Source: Candidatus Zixiibacteriota bacterium
GTDB taxonomy: Bacteria > Zixibacteria > MSB-5A5 > GN15 > FEB-12
DNA: 26,565 bases
Assembly: GCA_029932795.1 (NCBI GenBank)
Contig: JAOZPL010000001.1
Span: 1-26,565 of the forward strand
Reading direction: 5' to 3'
Part shown: one piece after another, positions 22,201 through 25,200 of the stretch
Layout: the number at the start of each line of letters is the position of its first letter
How positions within the stretch are numbered: position 1 is the stretch's first letter
Program-made: the position numbers and the translations under genes
Notes under the pieces: model-generated
Told to the model about the DNA's origin: nothing
What the model saw: the letters and a program-made list of their open reading frames with translations, nothing else
Database searches by the model: none

Positions 22201-25200
22201 TTTCTGTTCTCGTGTAAGAGTTGCCAGCATTGAGGTCTTCGGGATTGGTAAAGCTGGCAATCAATGCGGCGCCATCTAACAAGCCGTCCAGAGAAAGATA
22301 AAGGCGATCCGTCCAGCAGGCATGGGCGCCAGCGGTACCAGTATTTTCGACGGTCCAGGACAGGATTGCAGGCTGGCCGACAACAATAGCTGCCGGAATG
22401 TTTAGCTCAGTCACCTTCAGGTCGGGAACCTCCGACTGGGTGACCGAAACCTGGCCGATACTTTTTCCGACATTGTTACCTTCAGCCGCAGGTTCATCGA
22501 CATTGTTATATACATCCGTTTTTGCCAATACCCAGTATGTGCCGCTCGTGACATCAAGAGGCAAGAGGTCTTCCGGCAAGGTAACAGTTTTTGCTGCGCC
22601 GTAGCTTTCCTGTGATCCCAAAACGCCGGTGTGCAAAAAGGTGCCCAGGTTCAGATCACTCTCGTCCAATGTGTCGTCGGTGGAAAGATAAAGAGTATCA
22701 TACCATGTTGAGCACTGTGTGGTAGCAGTGCCAAAATTGGTAACACGCCAGGCAACATCGACCGATCCCCCCGTCTGAGCGGTCTCAGGTACCGTTACCG
22801 CATCCACTATCAGGTCGGCGGGCGGCACGGCATATTGAACCTCAATGGGGCCTTCAAAGCTATTGTCGGTCTCGTCGCTTTCAGCTACCTGATTCCAGAC
22901 ATCCACCTGAACGAAGAGCTTGTAATCACCAACGACCCCCCATGGGACGTTCAAGCTCACGGTTCGATCAAGACTTTCCCCCGCTGCAAGTGGATCGCTC
23001 TGGGAAATTCTTCCGATCTCAATATCGTCATAATTCCCAACATACTCATCGGATGAAAGTATTGCGCGCTCATACCAGGGAGCATCGGCCGTTGATGACC
23101 CCTCATTTGTCACCGTCCAGGAGACAACAAGGTCTTGGCCATTTGAAATTACAGATGGGTTTGATGTAACGGTGAGATTCAAATCGGGTGCGTTGAGGGT
23201 CATCACCTGAACAAAGGTATTATTTTCTTCGTCAGCCTCTAACTGATACTTGTAATAATCCGCAGCCACAATAATATGCCAGGTCCCCGTCAGCCCCCCG
23301 GGAATAGTAACCGAGTCATCCACCGTGTAGCTTGCCCCGGCATCAAGGCCCCCTTTGTGGAAGACTGACTTCAAAGTTCGGTCGCCGGAGTCAAGTACGT
23401 CATCTGAAGACAGGAACACGACATCATACCAGCGCGCAGTTGCCTTGCCTTGCCCGTCATTTGTCACCGTCCATGAAAGGGCAAGTCCTTTTCCTGCCGC
23501 AGCAGAGGTGGGAATGGCGGCGTTAAGAGCCAGATCGGCGGCCTTGATATCAATGGAAACAGCAGTGATGTTGTTGTCATTATCCGCCTCACTCTGACGA
23601 TTGTAGGCATCGGTGCGAAAGAGGAGATACTTTGTCCCTGTGCCTATCGTCTTTGGAATCGGAGATACCGCAGTTACAGGCTTGGTGACGCTGTATGTTC
23701 CGCCTGCAGCAAGGCCGCCTTCGTTTTTCCAGTATTCGGAGGCAAGGAGAGTGTCGTCGGAATCGTAGATTTCATCTGCAGACAGGAAGACCATGTCCCA
23801 CCAGTTGGAAGTTGCGGTGCCGCTGCCGGTATTTGTCACTGTCCAGTCAAGTGAAATCAGCTCACCCCAGGAAGCGGAATCAGGGGCGGTTGTAGCGGTC
23901 ACCTGGAGATCGGCGGCATTAAAGGTTACTTCTCTTGCAAGGAGATTATTCGTCTCGACTGCTTCTACCTGATTGTCTGAGGCGTCTGTGACAAAAAGGA
24001 AATAAGCCGATCCGGTAAGTCCCGCCGGAAGGGTGACCTCTTTTTCAATGGTATAGTCTGTGGCCGGGTCTAAAGGAGAATACTCTCCGGCGTAAACGGA
24101 GACCACCAGGATATCGGTAGAGGTGTCGAGTGCCTCATCACTTGACAGATAAACCCGATCATACCATGTGGCCGCCGCAGCTCCCGCGCCCTGATTTGTT
24201 ACAGTCCACGATATGGCGGCGCGCTCCCCCCAACTTGCCGTTTCAGGGGCTGTTGCCGCGGTTACCTGGAGGTCCGGATTGCTGATTGTGACCGATACGA
24301 CCTCTGTGTTGTTACCGGTGCTGGTTTCACCCTGGACATCATCGCCGTTGACGACGAAAATGAGGTACCTCGTGCCGATACCGGACTCAGGAAGTCGAAC
24401 CTTGCGGCTGGCCGAATAACTTGCGTCAACTGGCAGCGGTGTCTGGCTGTCAATCCGCTCACTCAAAAGGAGTTGCTCGCTGCCGTCAAGCGAATCTGTA
24501 TCCGAGATATAAACCCTGTCGTACCAGTCGGCGTAGGCGGGGCTGGAACCGATATTCGTCACCGTCCATGCCAGATCAACAGTTTGCCCGACCGCTGCCG
24601 CCACCGGGGCAGAAACCGCGGTAATTTCCAGGTCGGGCGGCTCGTGAATAGTAATAGGTATGGCCGGACCGACATTATTGTCATCACTTGCTTCTCCCTG
24701 GACCTTTCCCCCATCGGCAACAACAAGCAAATAATTGTAGGCAGTCGCACAGTTGGGAAGCGTTACCTGTCTGGTTACGGTATAACTTTCACCAGAAAGA
24801 AGCGGAACTTCGTCGGCGGTGCTGAACGAAGTCACCAGTTCATCATCTCCGGTCAGCCCATCGTCATAGGAGAGATAGATATAGTCATACCAACGGGCAT
24901 TGGCGGCGCCATCGCCCGAGTTTTTTACAGTCCAGGTGACATCGATCGCCTGCTGGACGGATGCCTCTGCGGGTGCGGTAGCTTCGGTAACCGTCAGATC
25001 GGGAATCTCAATAGTGATGGCATCAGATCGGAGGAAATTGTTTTCTTCCTCTGATTCACCCTGATTCTGGCTGCCGTCAGCCATAACGAACAGGTACCAG
25101 GTACCCACAGAAACGTTTGGAACCGTGACATTTCGGGTAACCGTGTAACTCGCACCGGCATCGAGGGGGGTGAATGCCTCCACGTTTTCGGAGGCGACAA